A stretch of 64,000 bases of DNA from Candidatus Poribacteria bacterium (GTDB lineage Bacteria > Poribacteria > WGA-4E > PCPOR2b). The position numbers and the translations under genes were made by a program. Positions 21,345-30,176 of the stretch are shown here, in pieces. Location: the NCBI GenBank assembly GCA_965215015.1, contig OZ244042.1, positions 704,001-768,000 on the forward strand, written 5' to 3'. The notes under the pieces were generated by a model, which saw only the letters and a program-made list of their open reading frames with translations, made no database searches and was not told the origin of the DNA. The number at the start of each line of letters is the position of its first letter. The first letter of the stretch is position 1.

Positions 21345-22598
21345 TTGCATGTTTTTGCCATGCTCCAACAAATAAACCCAACCTTAACAGTCAGAGGAAA
21401 TCTAGCTGTCGGACAATCCGGAGATCTATCGGCAGTATTCAACGCCTGCCTCTACGGCATAATCCAAGAGGCAAAGCAATACCCCGAAATCCAAAACATT
21501 TATGGTATGGTGGACGGCGTAGGAGGGTTGTTGAAAGGCAATCTAATCGATCTGGGCCGGCAGAAGCCTGCGATTCTTGAAAAACTAAAAAACGTTCCAT
21601 CTGCTGCGCTCCCTTCTAGCTACGATGCCCTTGTATATGAGGATTATGGTCGCGCTTTAGAAATCTGTAAAAAATATAAGATCCGTTTTGTTATCTACAT
21701 GGGTAATAAGGGGGCAATGTCTACTGCCAATCAACTTGCGGAATTTGCTGAAGGCGCAGACTACCCCCTCTGTTGCATAGGGATTCCGCACTCCGTGGAG
21801 AATACCCTCGGCTTCACAGATCACTGTTTTGGCTATGGCAGTGCCGCGCGAGCAAACGCTATCATGACACGAAATTTGGGACGTGATGCCGAAGCAATGG
21901 GTGCCACGGCAGGTGTGAAACTGATTGAAACAATGGGGCATAATTCCGGTTGGCTCGCCGCAGCAACCGCCTTAGCAAAAGATTCTGATGATAGCTCACC
22001 ACATCTAATCTATCTGCCGGAAAGTGGACTGGATCCAGTGCAATTCCTCACCGATGTGGCAGCGGTGTACCGGCGGTTGGGTTACTGTCTGGTCGTCATC
22101 AGTGAGGGGGTGAAAGGCAAGGATGGGCGTCCGTTTTACCCTAGTACTGGATTAGACGGAAGTGTAGGGGAATATCTGTGTACGCTTCTCGCCGAGCGAC
22201 TCCAACTCAAGGCCAGTTGTGACAAACTTGAGGATTTGTCTCGATTCGCAATACAGTCCGCCTCTGTGGTTGATTCGGGGGAGGCGTTGATGGCGGGGCA
22301 AGCAGCTGTCCGCCGTGCCGTTGATGGAATGAACGGTTTCATGATTACCATTTCTCGACACTTGGACCCCAACAAGCCGTATAGCTCTTTAATCGGTATG
22401 GTACGGCTCGGATTAGGAGCGCAGTCTGAGAAAGTGGTGCCAGAAACCTTTATTAACGAAGCGGCTAATTTTGTCACCGAGGCATTTGAGAAGTACGCAA
22501 CTCCGTTGATCGGGGGGAAGCTGCCTGATACTTTGCAGCCCGATCCTACCGGGGAGGAGGTACGGTTGGAGACTATTCCTGTTAACCGTCCTGACTGA
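21345..22598 (+). CDS. Phosphofructokinase-fold (PPi-PFK-like) protein with degenerate active-site motifs
   Basis: Overall motif order matches (GQSG, PSAAL, TDHCFGYGSAA, ETMGHNSGWLA, VISEG), but GGND reads GNKG and PKTIDND reads PHSVENT. Confidence 0.75.
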   Translation: MHVFAMLQQINPTLTVRGNLAVGQSGDLSAVFNACLYGIIQEAKQYPEIQNIYGMVDGVGGLLKGNLIDLGRQKPAILEKLKNVPSAALPSSYDALVYEDYGRALEICKKYKIRFVIYMGNKGAMSTANQLAEFAEGADYPLCCIGIPHSVENTLGFTDHCFGYGSAARANAIMTRNLGRDAEAMGATAGVKLIETMGHNSGWLAAATALAKDSDDSSPHLIYLPESGLDPVQFLTDVAAVYRRLGYCLVVISEGVKGKDGRPFYPSTGLDGSVGEYLCTLLAERLQLKASCDKLEDLSRFAIQSASVVDSGEALMAGQAAVRRAVDGMNGFMITISRHLDPNKPYSSLIGMVRLGLGAQSEKVVPETFINEAANFVTEAFEKYATPLIGGKLPDTLQPDPTGEEVRLETIPVNRPD

Positions 22599-22652
22599 CG
22601 CATCAGAACCCCTTGCATTCCCCCGCAAGCGGGGGGATAATGGAGGGTCATC

Positions 22653-23231
22653 ATGAGCATGTTTCGTGAACATTGGATCGGTGGATTGGTCACGTACACT
22701 TGGTTTTTCGCAATTTCGTTTGGAATAGCCCTGACCGGTGTTTTCGCTTTTCGACAGCCAACGGACTGGAATCCAACGGTTTCCCTTGAGCCCTTGAAAA
22801 TCATTGCGTGTTTTGCTATTGCCGTTCTCTCAGGGTTGTGGCCCGACGTGGACACCAAAAGCAAAAGTCAACAGATTTTTTATCGGCTCTTCCTCATCTC
22901 CAACGTCCTGCTGATTTATGAGGGATATTACTCTATATCAGCATTTCTCGGCTTATTTGCTATGCTCCCGCTCATCGGTAATCATCGGGGGTGGACGCAT
23001 TCTAAACTGACGATGCTACTGTTACCTGCGATTTTCCTGATTCTGCCAATCTATTTCCAGCGCGATCAGTTGGACCACAATGAGTTGTTGGCAGCACAGA
23101 ATCTGGTTTTGCTCAAAGGTGGTCTGCCTTTCTATACAGCTAGCTTAATCGGGTACGCGACGCATTTGCATTTGGACGGTATTTTGTTACGGTCTCGCAA
23201 GGCACAAAGACGCCAGGCGAGAGCAAGCTAG
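22653..23231 (+). CDS. Membrane-bound metal-dependent hydrolase (YdjM family)
   Basis: H near N-terminus, PDVD, HRGWTHS and HLHLD motifs. Confidence 0.85.
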   Translation: MSMFREHWIGGLVTYTWFFAISFGIALTGVFAFRQPTDWNPTVSLEPLKIIACFAIAVLSGLWPDVDTKSKSQQIFYRLFLISNVLLIYEGYYSISAFLGLFAMLPLIGNHRGWTHSKLTMLLLPAIFLILPIYFQRDQLDHNELLAAQNLVLLKGGLPFYTASLIGYATHLHLDGILLRSRKAQRRQARAS

Positions 23232-23381
23232 AGCGATCCATTTCTCCTCGTTTCGTTATGGTTATCACTAGGGGTGCTTGTATTGGAATCTTGTGATAGA
23301 AATGTCATGCGGATGCTACGATTCTGTAACATTTATCCGGTATACTTTTTGCCCGTCAAGGAGAGTTGATTTTTAATACAA

Positions 23382-25154
23382 TTGATTACTGAAAGAGAAA
23401 AGTTGATGGATTACAAACAGACGCATGTTTTGAGGGTTTTTAGTGTGCTGGTCTTAAGCATTGCAATTATTGGTAGTACCGCAGCACAAGCTCCGGATTT
23501 TCCGGCCCGGATGCCAATTGTCGAGCGGGCGTTCTCGGAAGATCCGGATAAATTCAGTTTCGCAATTATTGGTGATAAAACGGGGGGAGGGCTGGATAAG
23601 TGGCCCATATTTGACCGCGCAATCAGCGAAATTAATTCGCTGCAACCTGACTTTGCCATCATGGTTGGTGACCTGATACAAGGGGATACGATTGACCTAG
23701 AACGGCTTAAGGCGGAATGGGAGGAGTTTTGGCAGCATGAATCCCCTTTAGTCGTACCGTTTCTTCTGTTACCGGGGAACCACGATATTACCAATCGGGT
23801 GATGTATGACTATTGGGTTGAGCATATCGGACGGACCTATTCGGCTTTTACCTATAAAGATTGCTTGTTTATCATACTCAATACGGAGGAGAGACACGGG
23901 TTGCCTCAAGGCGTGGAGGACTGGTTTGGCAAGGTGCAGATTCACTATGTGGCAGCAGAATTAGAACGACACCCGGACGTGCGGCATACTTTTGTGCTGT
24001 TGCACAAACCTGCATGGCTACATGAAGGGTCCGGTTGGGATCAAATTGAGGAGGTGCTCGGTGACCGGGCATACACCGTTTTTGCTGGGCACTATCACAA
24101 CCTGACGCTGCACACACGCGATGACCATCGATACTTTGTTCTCAGCGCGACCGGCGGTGGGCTAACCCCCCGCGAAGTAAAAGAGTTCGGTGCATTTGAC
24201 CATTACAGCATTGTGACGGTGGATGGTGATGATGTCACCGTTGCGATTGTTGAACCGGGCAGTATTCATCCGGCAGACATCTCGACAGTTGCATTTAAAG
24301 AGAAGTTCAGAGATTTGCTCACCTACCAGCCTGACTTTGAGGTTGACAGAGCACAACCAGTTACCAGCGGGAAACTCGAAATCGAGTTACAAAACACGTT
24401 TGAAAAACTGGTAAAGGTTGAAATTGCGTTTGACCCAAGTGATAATTGGCAGATAACCCCAAACCAGCTTACTTTTGAGGTGAAGCCGGGGCAGGAGACA
24501 AAGAGTGTCGTGACTTTTTTAGGCGCGTCTGATGCGCTGCTTCCCTTACCGACGTTCCACTATTCCATCCTGTACGGTGGGGAACAGTTGTATAGCCGGA
24601 GCGAGAAGGTTAAGTTTGTCAATGAAGTAGATCTGCAGGCACTCAAAGATTGGCAGATTCTCGGTCCGTTTAACCTGGGTATGACAGAACGACCAACTAA
24701 CTCACAAACTGCGCCGCTACAGTTTATCGCTGAACAACTCCTGGGGGAGGGTGTAAGTGACAAAGCCTATTCGGGCAAAAATGGGCAAATCCACTGGCAA
24801 GAGTACCGCGCTGAGAGCGAAGTTATCAACTTAAACAAGGCGTTGGGAGAACCGGATTGGGCATTCGCTTACGCGGTAACCTATATCAAGAGTCCTGACG
24901 ACCGGACGGTTTTCGCTCAAATTCGATGGGGGAGTGAGTTGGGACGCCTCTCTGTCAACGATGTCGAAATCCAAGAGGCATCGTTGCCGGAAGCGGTACT
25001 GTTCTTCAATTGGGCTTATATTGAGTTGCCGCTGAAGGCTGGCTGGAATACCGTGATAGTCAAATCCGCAGATTATACAGGTGGTTGGGACTATCGGATG
25101 TGGGTTGAAAACCAGATGGATACCCTTGTCTTTTCTCATCAGATGTCACACTAA
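23382..25154 (+). CDS. Secreted calcineurin-like metallophosphoesterase with C-terminal beta domains
   Basis: Signal peptide; GD, VGDL, PGNHD, HKP and AGHYH motifs. Confidence 0.8.
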   Translation: MITEREKLMDYKQTHVLRVFSVLVLSIAIIGSTAAQAPDFPARMPIVERAFSEDPDKFSFAIIGDKTGGGLDKWPIFDRAISEINSLQPDFAIMVGDLIQGDTIDLERLKAEWEEFWQHESPLVVPFLLLPGNHDITNRVMYDYWVEHIGRTYSAFTYKDCLFIILNTEERHGLPQGVEDWFGKVQIHYVAAELERHPDVRHTFVLLHKPAWLHEGSGWDQIEEVLGDRAYTVFAGHYHNLTLHTRDDHRYFVLSATGGGLTPREVKEFGAFDHYSIVTVDGDDVTVAIVEPGSIHPADISTVAFKEKFRDLLTYQPDFEVDRAQPVTSGKLEIELQNTFEKLVKVEIAFDPSDNWQITPNQLTFEVKPGQETKSVVTFLGASDALLPLPTFHYSILYGGEQLYSRSEKVKFVNEVDLQALKDWQILGPFNLGMTERPTNSQTAPLQFIAEQLLGEGVSDKAYSGKNGQIHWQEYRAESEVINLNKALGEPDWAFAYAVTYIKSPDDRTVFAQIRWGSELGRLSVNDVEIQEASLPEAVLFFNWAYIELPLKAGWNTVIVKSADYTGGWDYRMWVENQMDTLVFSHQMSH

Positions 25155-25306
25155 TGTGTTATTCCCGGAATTTGCGTAAGGACGAGGGTGTCAATCGAAC
25201 CTTTCCACAGTATTTGGGTGAGGCACTCTCGCTCCTACCTCCACCGCAAGATCAGATCCTTCATAAATAGGTTGGCTCACAAAAAAAGAGAGCGCAAAAC
25301 GCTAAG

Positions 25307-25340
25307 AGACCCCGAGTTTTTCTTGAAAACTCGGGGTCTA
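25307..25340. repeat. Strong hairpin (REP-like)
   Basis: agaccccgagttttt-cttg-aaaactcggggtct is an almost perfect inverted repeat. Confidence 0.6.
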
Positions 25341-25383
25341 TTGCACGATGTCTTAACATGAACCAATAGGTTAAATAGCGAGG

Positions 25384-26190
25384 ATGTCAGTCATGTCAAA
25401 TTACCTAGAACCGATACATCATACAGACTGGAAAAACAATAACTACCTAAGAATTTCCGGCTTCTTCTCGGATGAAGAGGTGACGGCATTGCAAGGGTGG
25501 GTCAACGACATTGAGCACTGGAAACCGACCCATGACAAGTGGCTGCACCATTTTGAAGCCACCCCAGACGGGACACGGCTTTCCCGATCGGAAAATTTCG
25601 TGTCGTACCACGCAGGTCTGAACAAGATTTTGACGGGCGGAAAGGTGCTGGAAGTTGTTTCGGAATTGATGGGCGAACCGGCAGTCCTCTACAAAGAGAA
25701 AATTAATTATAAATACCCCGGTGGTGGCGGCTACGCCGCACATCAGGACGCGCCTGCCTACGAGTTCGTTACATTCCATATTACCTGCTTAATTTCCGTC
25801 GACGCAGCGAGTCCGGAGAGCGGTTGTCTCTCTTTCTCGCCGGGGCAATACGAGAAAGGTTTCATTGCGCTTGATGAAAAGGGTTGTATTGCAGAGGAGG
25901 TCGCTTCGGAGATGGAATGGGTTGAGGTGCCAACGGAGCCGGGGGACATCCTGCTTTTCGGGTCTTATATCCCGCACAAAAGCGGAATAAACAGCTCCAA
26001 TCAGCCTCGACGCATCATTTATGTGACCTACAACGCCCTCTCCGAAGGCGATTGGCGTGAGCGGTACTATGAGGACAAACGACAGACCTTTTTGGAGTAT
26101 ACCAAAAATAGCTCAACACAAGCAAGTCAAATCAGTAAAATTGGACATTTTCAGGGAAGGACAGTGCTAAACCATGAACAATCGGATTGA
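25384..26190 (+). CDS. phnY: PhnY-like Fe(II)/2-oxoglutarate dioxygenase (PhyH family)
   Basis: KEKINYKYPGGGGYAAHQD (HxD), PHKSGIN..R; overlaps a phnZ-like gene. Confidence 0.75.
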   Translation: MSVMSNYLEPIHHTDWKNNNYLRISGFFSDEEVTALQGWVNDIEHWKPTHDKWLHHFEATPDGTRLSRSENFVSYHAGLNKILTGGKVLEVVSELMGEPAVLYKEKINYKYPGGGGYAAHQDAPAYEFVTFHITCLISVDAASPESGCLSFSPGQYEKGFIALDEKGCIAEEVASEMEWVEVPTEPGDILLFGSYIPHKSGINSSNQPRRIIYVTYNALSEGDWRERYYEDKRQTFLEYTKNSSTQASQISKIGHFQGRTVLNHEQSD

Positions 26191-26770
26191 CCAAACGCTC
26201 GCGGAACAGCTGACAGGCATAACAGTAGCGGAGAAGGTTACCACGCTATTTGATTATATGGAACGCAGGGGACAGTCGTTTTACGATGAATCGGTAACGC
26301 AATTGCAACATGCGTGTCAATGTGCGAACCAGGCACAGCTGCACGGCGGAAGCACAACGCAGATTGTGAGTGCCCTGCTACATGACATCGGGCACTTTCT
26401 GTTAGATGAACATAACGCCGAGAGCGACTTTTTGGAGGAAGATCAGAATCACGAGGAGGTCGGCGCAGATTATCTGGAGCCGTTTTTCCCGGAGGCGGTT
26501 ACAACCCCGATTCGATTGCATGTGCCAGCGAAACGGTATTTGTGTACAACCGACGCATCATACTACGATGGCTTATCCGAGGCGTCGAAAAGGAGTTTCC
26601 ACCTTCAGGGTGGGGGTATGTCGGCAGAGGAACGGGCAGCGTTTGAACGCATCCTATATTATCAGGACGCGCTCCAGCTGCGACGGTGGGATGATCTCGC
26701 CAAAGTGAAGGGGTTAGAGACACCTGCAATTGGTACTTACCGCGAGATTGTGCAGGCGTGCCTGAAATAG
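26174..26770 (+). CDS. phnZ: PhnZ-like HD-domain diiron oxygenase
   Basis: Y.E.VTQLQH, ALLHDIGH, HEEVGA, HVPAKRY, LQGG and RRWDDLAK motifs. Confidence 0.85.
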   Translation: MNNRIDQTLAEQLTGITVAEKVTTLFDYMERRGQSFYDESVTQLQHACQCANQAQLHGGSTTQIVSALLHDIGHFLLDEHNAESDFLEEDQNHEEVGADYLEPFFPEAVTTPIRLHVPAKRYLCTTDASYYDGLSEASKRSFHLQGGGMSAEERAAFERILYYQDALQLRRWDDLAKVKGLETPAIGTYREIVQACLK

Positions 26771-26841
26771 CAGACGTTGCCATTTAGTAGAAAACGTTGC
26801 GAACCGAGAAGATGGGAATCAAGCACCGCTTGCAGTAGATT

Positions 26842-29423
26842 GCGGAACATGTCTGAATCAGGATTTTCAGGATGGAAGGATAAACAGGATAGCAACGGCA
26901 GCATCAAAAATTCCTGGGAATCCTAGAATCAGGTGAATCGAGCTTCTGACAATTTATACGGTCTCCTCCCTGAAGAAATGGCGATTGTGGAGTGTGCGGA
27001 ACATGTCTGAATCAGGATTTTCAGGATGGAAGGATAAACAGGATAGCAAGGGCAGCATCAAAGATTCCTGGGAATCCTAGAATCAGGTGAATCGAGCTTC
27101 TGACAATTTATACGGTCTCCTCCCTGAAGAAATGGCGATTGTGGAGTGTGCGGAACATGTCTGAATCAGGATTTTCAGGATGGAAGGATAAACAGGATAG
27201 AAGGGGCAGCATCAAAAATTCCTGGGAATCATAGAATCTTGTGAATCGAGATTCTGAGAGTGGCGGAACATGTCTGAATCAGGATTTTCAGGTTGGAAGG
27301 ATAAACAGGATAGAAGGGGCAGCATCAAAATTTCTTGCGAATCCTAGAATCAGGTGAATCGAGATTCTGGCAGTTGCGGGAGATGCGTGAATGAGATAAT
27401 GAGATAAGGTGTCTATTTGAATCGGTGTGCTGAATCAGGGTTTCGAGGCTGGAAGGATAAACAGGATAGCAAGGGCAGCATCAAAGATTCCTGGGAATCC
27501 TAGAATCAGGTAAATCGAGCTTCTGACAATTTATACGGTCTCCTCCCTGAAGAAATGGCGATTGTGGAGTGTGCGGAACATGTCTGAATCAGGATTTTCA
27601 GGATGGAAGGATAAACAGGATGGCAACGGCAGCATCAAAAATTCCTGCGAATCCTAGAATCTGGTAAATCCGGATTCTGACAGTGTCGGGAGATGCGTGA
27701 ATGAGATAATGAGATAAGGTGTCTATTTGAATCGGTGTGCTGAATCAGGGTTTCGAGGCTGGCGGGATAAACAGGATAGGGCAGCATCAAAATTTCCTGC
27801 GAATCCTAGAATCAGGTGAATCCAGATTCTGACAATTTATACGGTCTCCTCCCTGAAGAAATGGCGATTGTGGAGTGTGCGGAACATGTCTGAATCAGGA
27901 TTTTCAGGATGGAAGGATAAACAGGATGGCAACGGCAGCATCAAAAATTCCTGGGAATCATAGAATCAGGTGAATCCAGATTCTGAGAGTGGGGGGAGAT
28001 GCGTGAATGAGATAAGGTGTCTATTTGAATCGGTGTGCTGAATCAGGGTTTTGAGGCTGGCGGGATAAACAGGATAGCAAGGGCAGCATCAAAGATTCCT
28101 GGGAATCATAGAATCTTGTGAATCGAGATTCTGACAGTGGCGGAACATGTCTGAATCAGGATTTTCAGGATGGAAGGATAAACAGGATAGCAACGGCAGC
28201 ATCAAAATTTCCTGGGAATCATAGAATCAGGTAAATCGAGATTCAGACAATTTATACGGTCTCCTCCCTGAAGAAATGGCGATTGTGGAGTGTGCGGAAC
28301 ATGTCTGAATCAGGATTTTCAGGATGGAAGGATAAACAGGATAGCAACGGCAGCATCAAAAATTTCTTGCGAATCCTAGAATCAGGTGAATCCAGATTCT
28401 GAGAGTGGGGGGAGATGCGTGAATGAGATAAGGTGTCTATTTGAATCGGTGTGCTGAATCAGGGTTTCGAGGCTGGAAGGATAAACAGGATAGCAAGGGC
28501 AGCATCAAAAATTTCTTGCGAATCCTAGAATCAGGTGAATCCAGATTCTGAGAGTGGGGGGAGATGCCTGAATGAGATAAGGTGTCTATTTGAATCGGTG
28601 TGCTGAATCAGGGTTTTGAGGCTGGCGGGATAAACAGGATAGGGCAGCATCAAAAATTCCTGGGAATCCTAGAATCTGGTAAATCCGGATTCTGACAGTT
28701 GCGGGAGATGCGTGAATGAGATAATGAGATAAGGTGTCTATGTGAATCGGTGTGCTGAATCAGGGTTTCGAGGCTGGCGGGATAAACAGGATAGAAGGGG
28801 CAGCATCAAAATTTCCTGGGAATCATAGAATCTTGTGAATCGAGATTCAGACAATTTATACGGTCTCCTCCCTGAAGAAATGGCGATTGTGGAGTGTGCG
28901 GAACATGTCTGAATCAGGATTTTCAGGATGGAAGGATAAACAGGATAGCAACGGCAGCATCAAAATTTCCTGGGAATCATAGAATCTTGTGAATCGAGAT
29001 TCTGACAGTGGCGGAACATGTCTGAATCAGGATTTTCAGGCTGGCGGGATAAACAGGATAGCAAGGGCAGCATCAAAAATTCCTGGGAATCCTAGAATCA
29101 GGTGAATCGAGATTCTGAGAGTGGGGGGAGATGCCTGAATGAGATAAGGTGTCTATTTGAATCGGTGTGCTGAATCAGGATTTTCAGGATGGAAGGATAA
29201 ACAGGATAGCAACGGCAGCATCAAAGATTCCTGGGAATCCTAGAATCAGGTGAATCGAGCTTCTGACAATTTATACGGTCTCCCCCCTGAAGAAATGGCG
29301 ATTGTGGAGTGTGCGGAACATGTCTGAATCAGGATTTTCAGGCTGGCGGGATAAACAGGATAGCAAGGGCAGCATCAAAGATTCCTGGGAATCGTAGAAT
29401 CTGGTAAATCCAGATTCTGACAA
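26842..29423. repeat. Tandem array of 18 ~100-bp imperfect palindromic units with three alternating linker types
   Basis: ctgaatcagg unit starts at 26853, 27007, 27161, 27274, 27430, 27584, 27740, 27890, 28038, 28151, 28305, 28454, 28603, 28755, 28909, 29022, 29170 and 29324. No ORF of 60 aa or more in the track. Confidence 0.97.
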
Positions 29424-29463
29424 TTGTATACTATTGATGCATCTGTAAGCCGATAGCCCTCGC

Positions 29464-29675
29464 TTAACTCATTTACCCCCATTTTTTTTGGTTATAGATT
29501 TGATTTATTTTTATGATTTAGGATAGTGAGAATACTTGTGATTAAGGGTGTTGGCATGTATCTCCCCTGCACATTGGCAGTGTGAACCATATCTGACAAC
29601 CCTTTCTCACATCTAGACCTCTCTAAAACAACCAACATGACACCTCTAAAAAAAATGGGGGTAAGTGAATGTTAA
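29464..29675. mobile_element. MITE-like element with ~27-bp terminal inverted repeats and TTAA ends
   Basis: Ends are ttaactcatttacccccattttttt and aaaaaaaatgggggtaagtgaatgttaa. Confidence 0.55.
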
Positions 29676-29683
29676 TTATCCTC

Positions 29684-29712
29684 TTGACAAACTGAGGATA
29701 ATCGTCTAAAAT
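29684..29712 (+). promoter_or_regulatory. Sigma70 promoter of the tRNA cluster
   Basis: TTGACA-N17-TAAAAT, ending 12 bp before tRNA-Asp. Confidence 0.85.
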
Positions 29713-29724
29713 ATAAGTCTTGTC

Positions 29725-29803
29725 GGACCCGTAGTGTAGCCTGGTTAAACACATCTGCCTGTCACGCAGAAGATCGCGGGTTCAAATCCCGTCGGGTCCG
29801 CCA
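29725..29803 (+). tRNA. tRNA-Asp(GTC)
   Basis: GGACCCG/CGGGTCC acceptor stem, anticodon arm tctgc-ctGTCac-gcaga, GGTTCAAATCC T-arm, encoded CCA. Confidence 0.97.
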
Positions 29804-29916
29804 GCTATTTATCTTTTCGTATTAATTTAATATCTTTGCGGAATGTGCGTAAAAAGAGGCTTATGCCGCAATGAAAAGCAACCAAGATTAACCCCTGCGA
29901 ATCAAGGTTGGATTTT

Positions 29917-29993
29917 GGGCGGGTAGCTCAGTTGGCTAGAGCGACGGCCTTACAAGCCGTAGGTCACAGGTTCAAGTCCTGTTCCGCCTACCA
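29917..29993 (+). tRNA. tRNA-Val(TAC)
   Basis: tagctcagttgg D-arm, anticodon arm acggc-ctTACaa-gccgt, GGTTCAAGTCC T-arm, CCA. Confidence 0.97.
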
Positions 29994-30014
29994 GAAATAA
30001 AAGCGACCCTTGTC

Positions 30015-30093
30015 GGACCCGTAGTGTAGCCTGGTTAAACACATCTGCCTGTCACGCAGAAGATCGCGGGTTCAAATCCCGTCGGGTCCGCCA
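30015..30093 (+). tRNA. tRNA-Asp(GTC), second identical copy
   Basis: Sequence identical to 29725..29803. Confidence 0.97.
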
Positions 30094-30099
30094 GTTGTT

Positions 30100-30137
30100 A
30101 AAGCCACAGGCTGTGCTTAACAGTCTGTGGCTTTTTC
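30100..30137 (+). terminator. Intrinsic terminator after the tRNA cluster
   Basis: aaagccacaggctg-loop-cagtctgtggcttttt hairpin followed by a T-run. Confidence 0.75.
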
Positions 30138-30176
30138 ATATCTACAGATCGAAAATATAAGAAGGAGGGCGTTCTT

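Noticed and set aside
22136-22864. 242-aa minus-strand ORF, and other long shadow ORFs such as 54306..54977 and 58598..59137
   Set aside because: Antisense to well-supported genes and without motifs.
26842-29423. CRISPR array or integron attC array
   Set aside because: The repeat is ~100 bp and the spacers are only three re-used sequences. No cas or integrase gene is in the window, and the units lack RYYYAAC/GTTRRRY attC ends.
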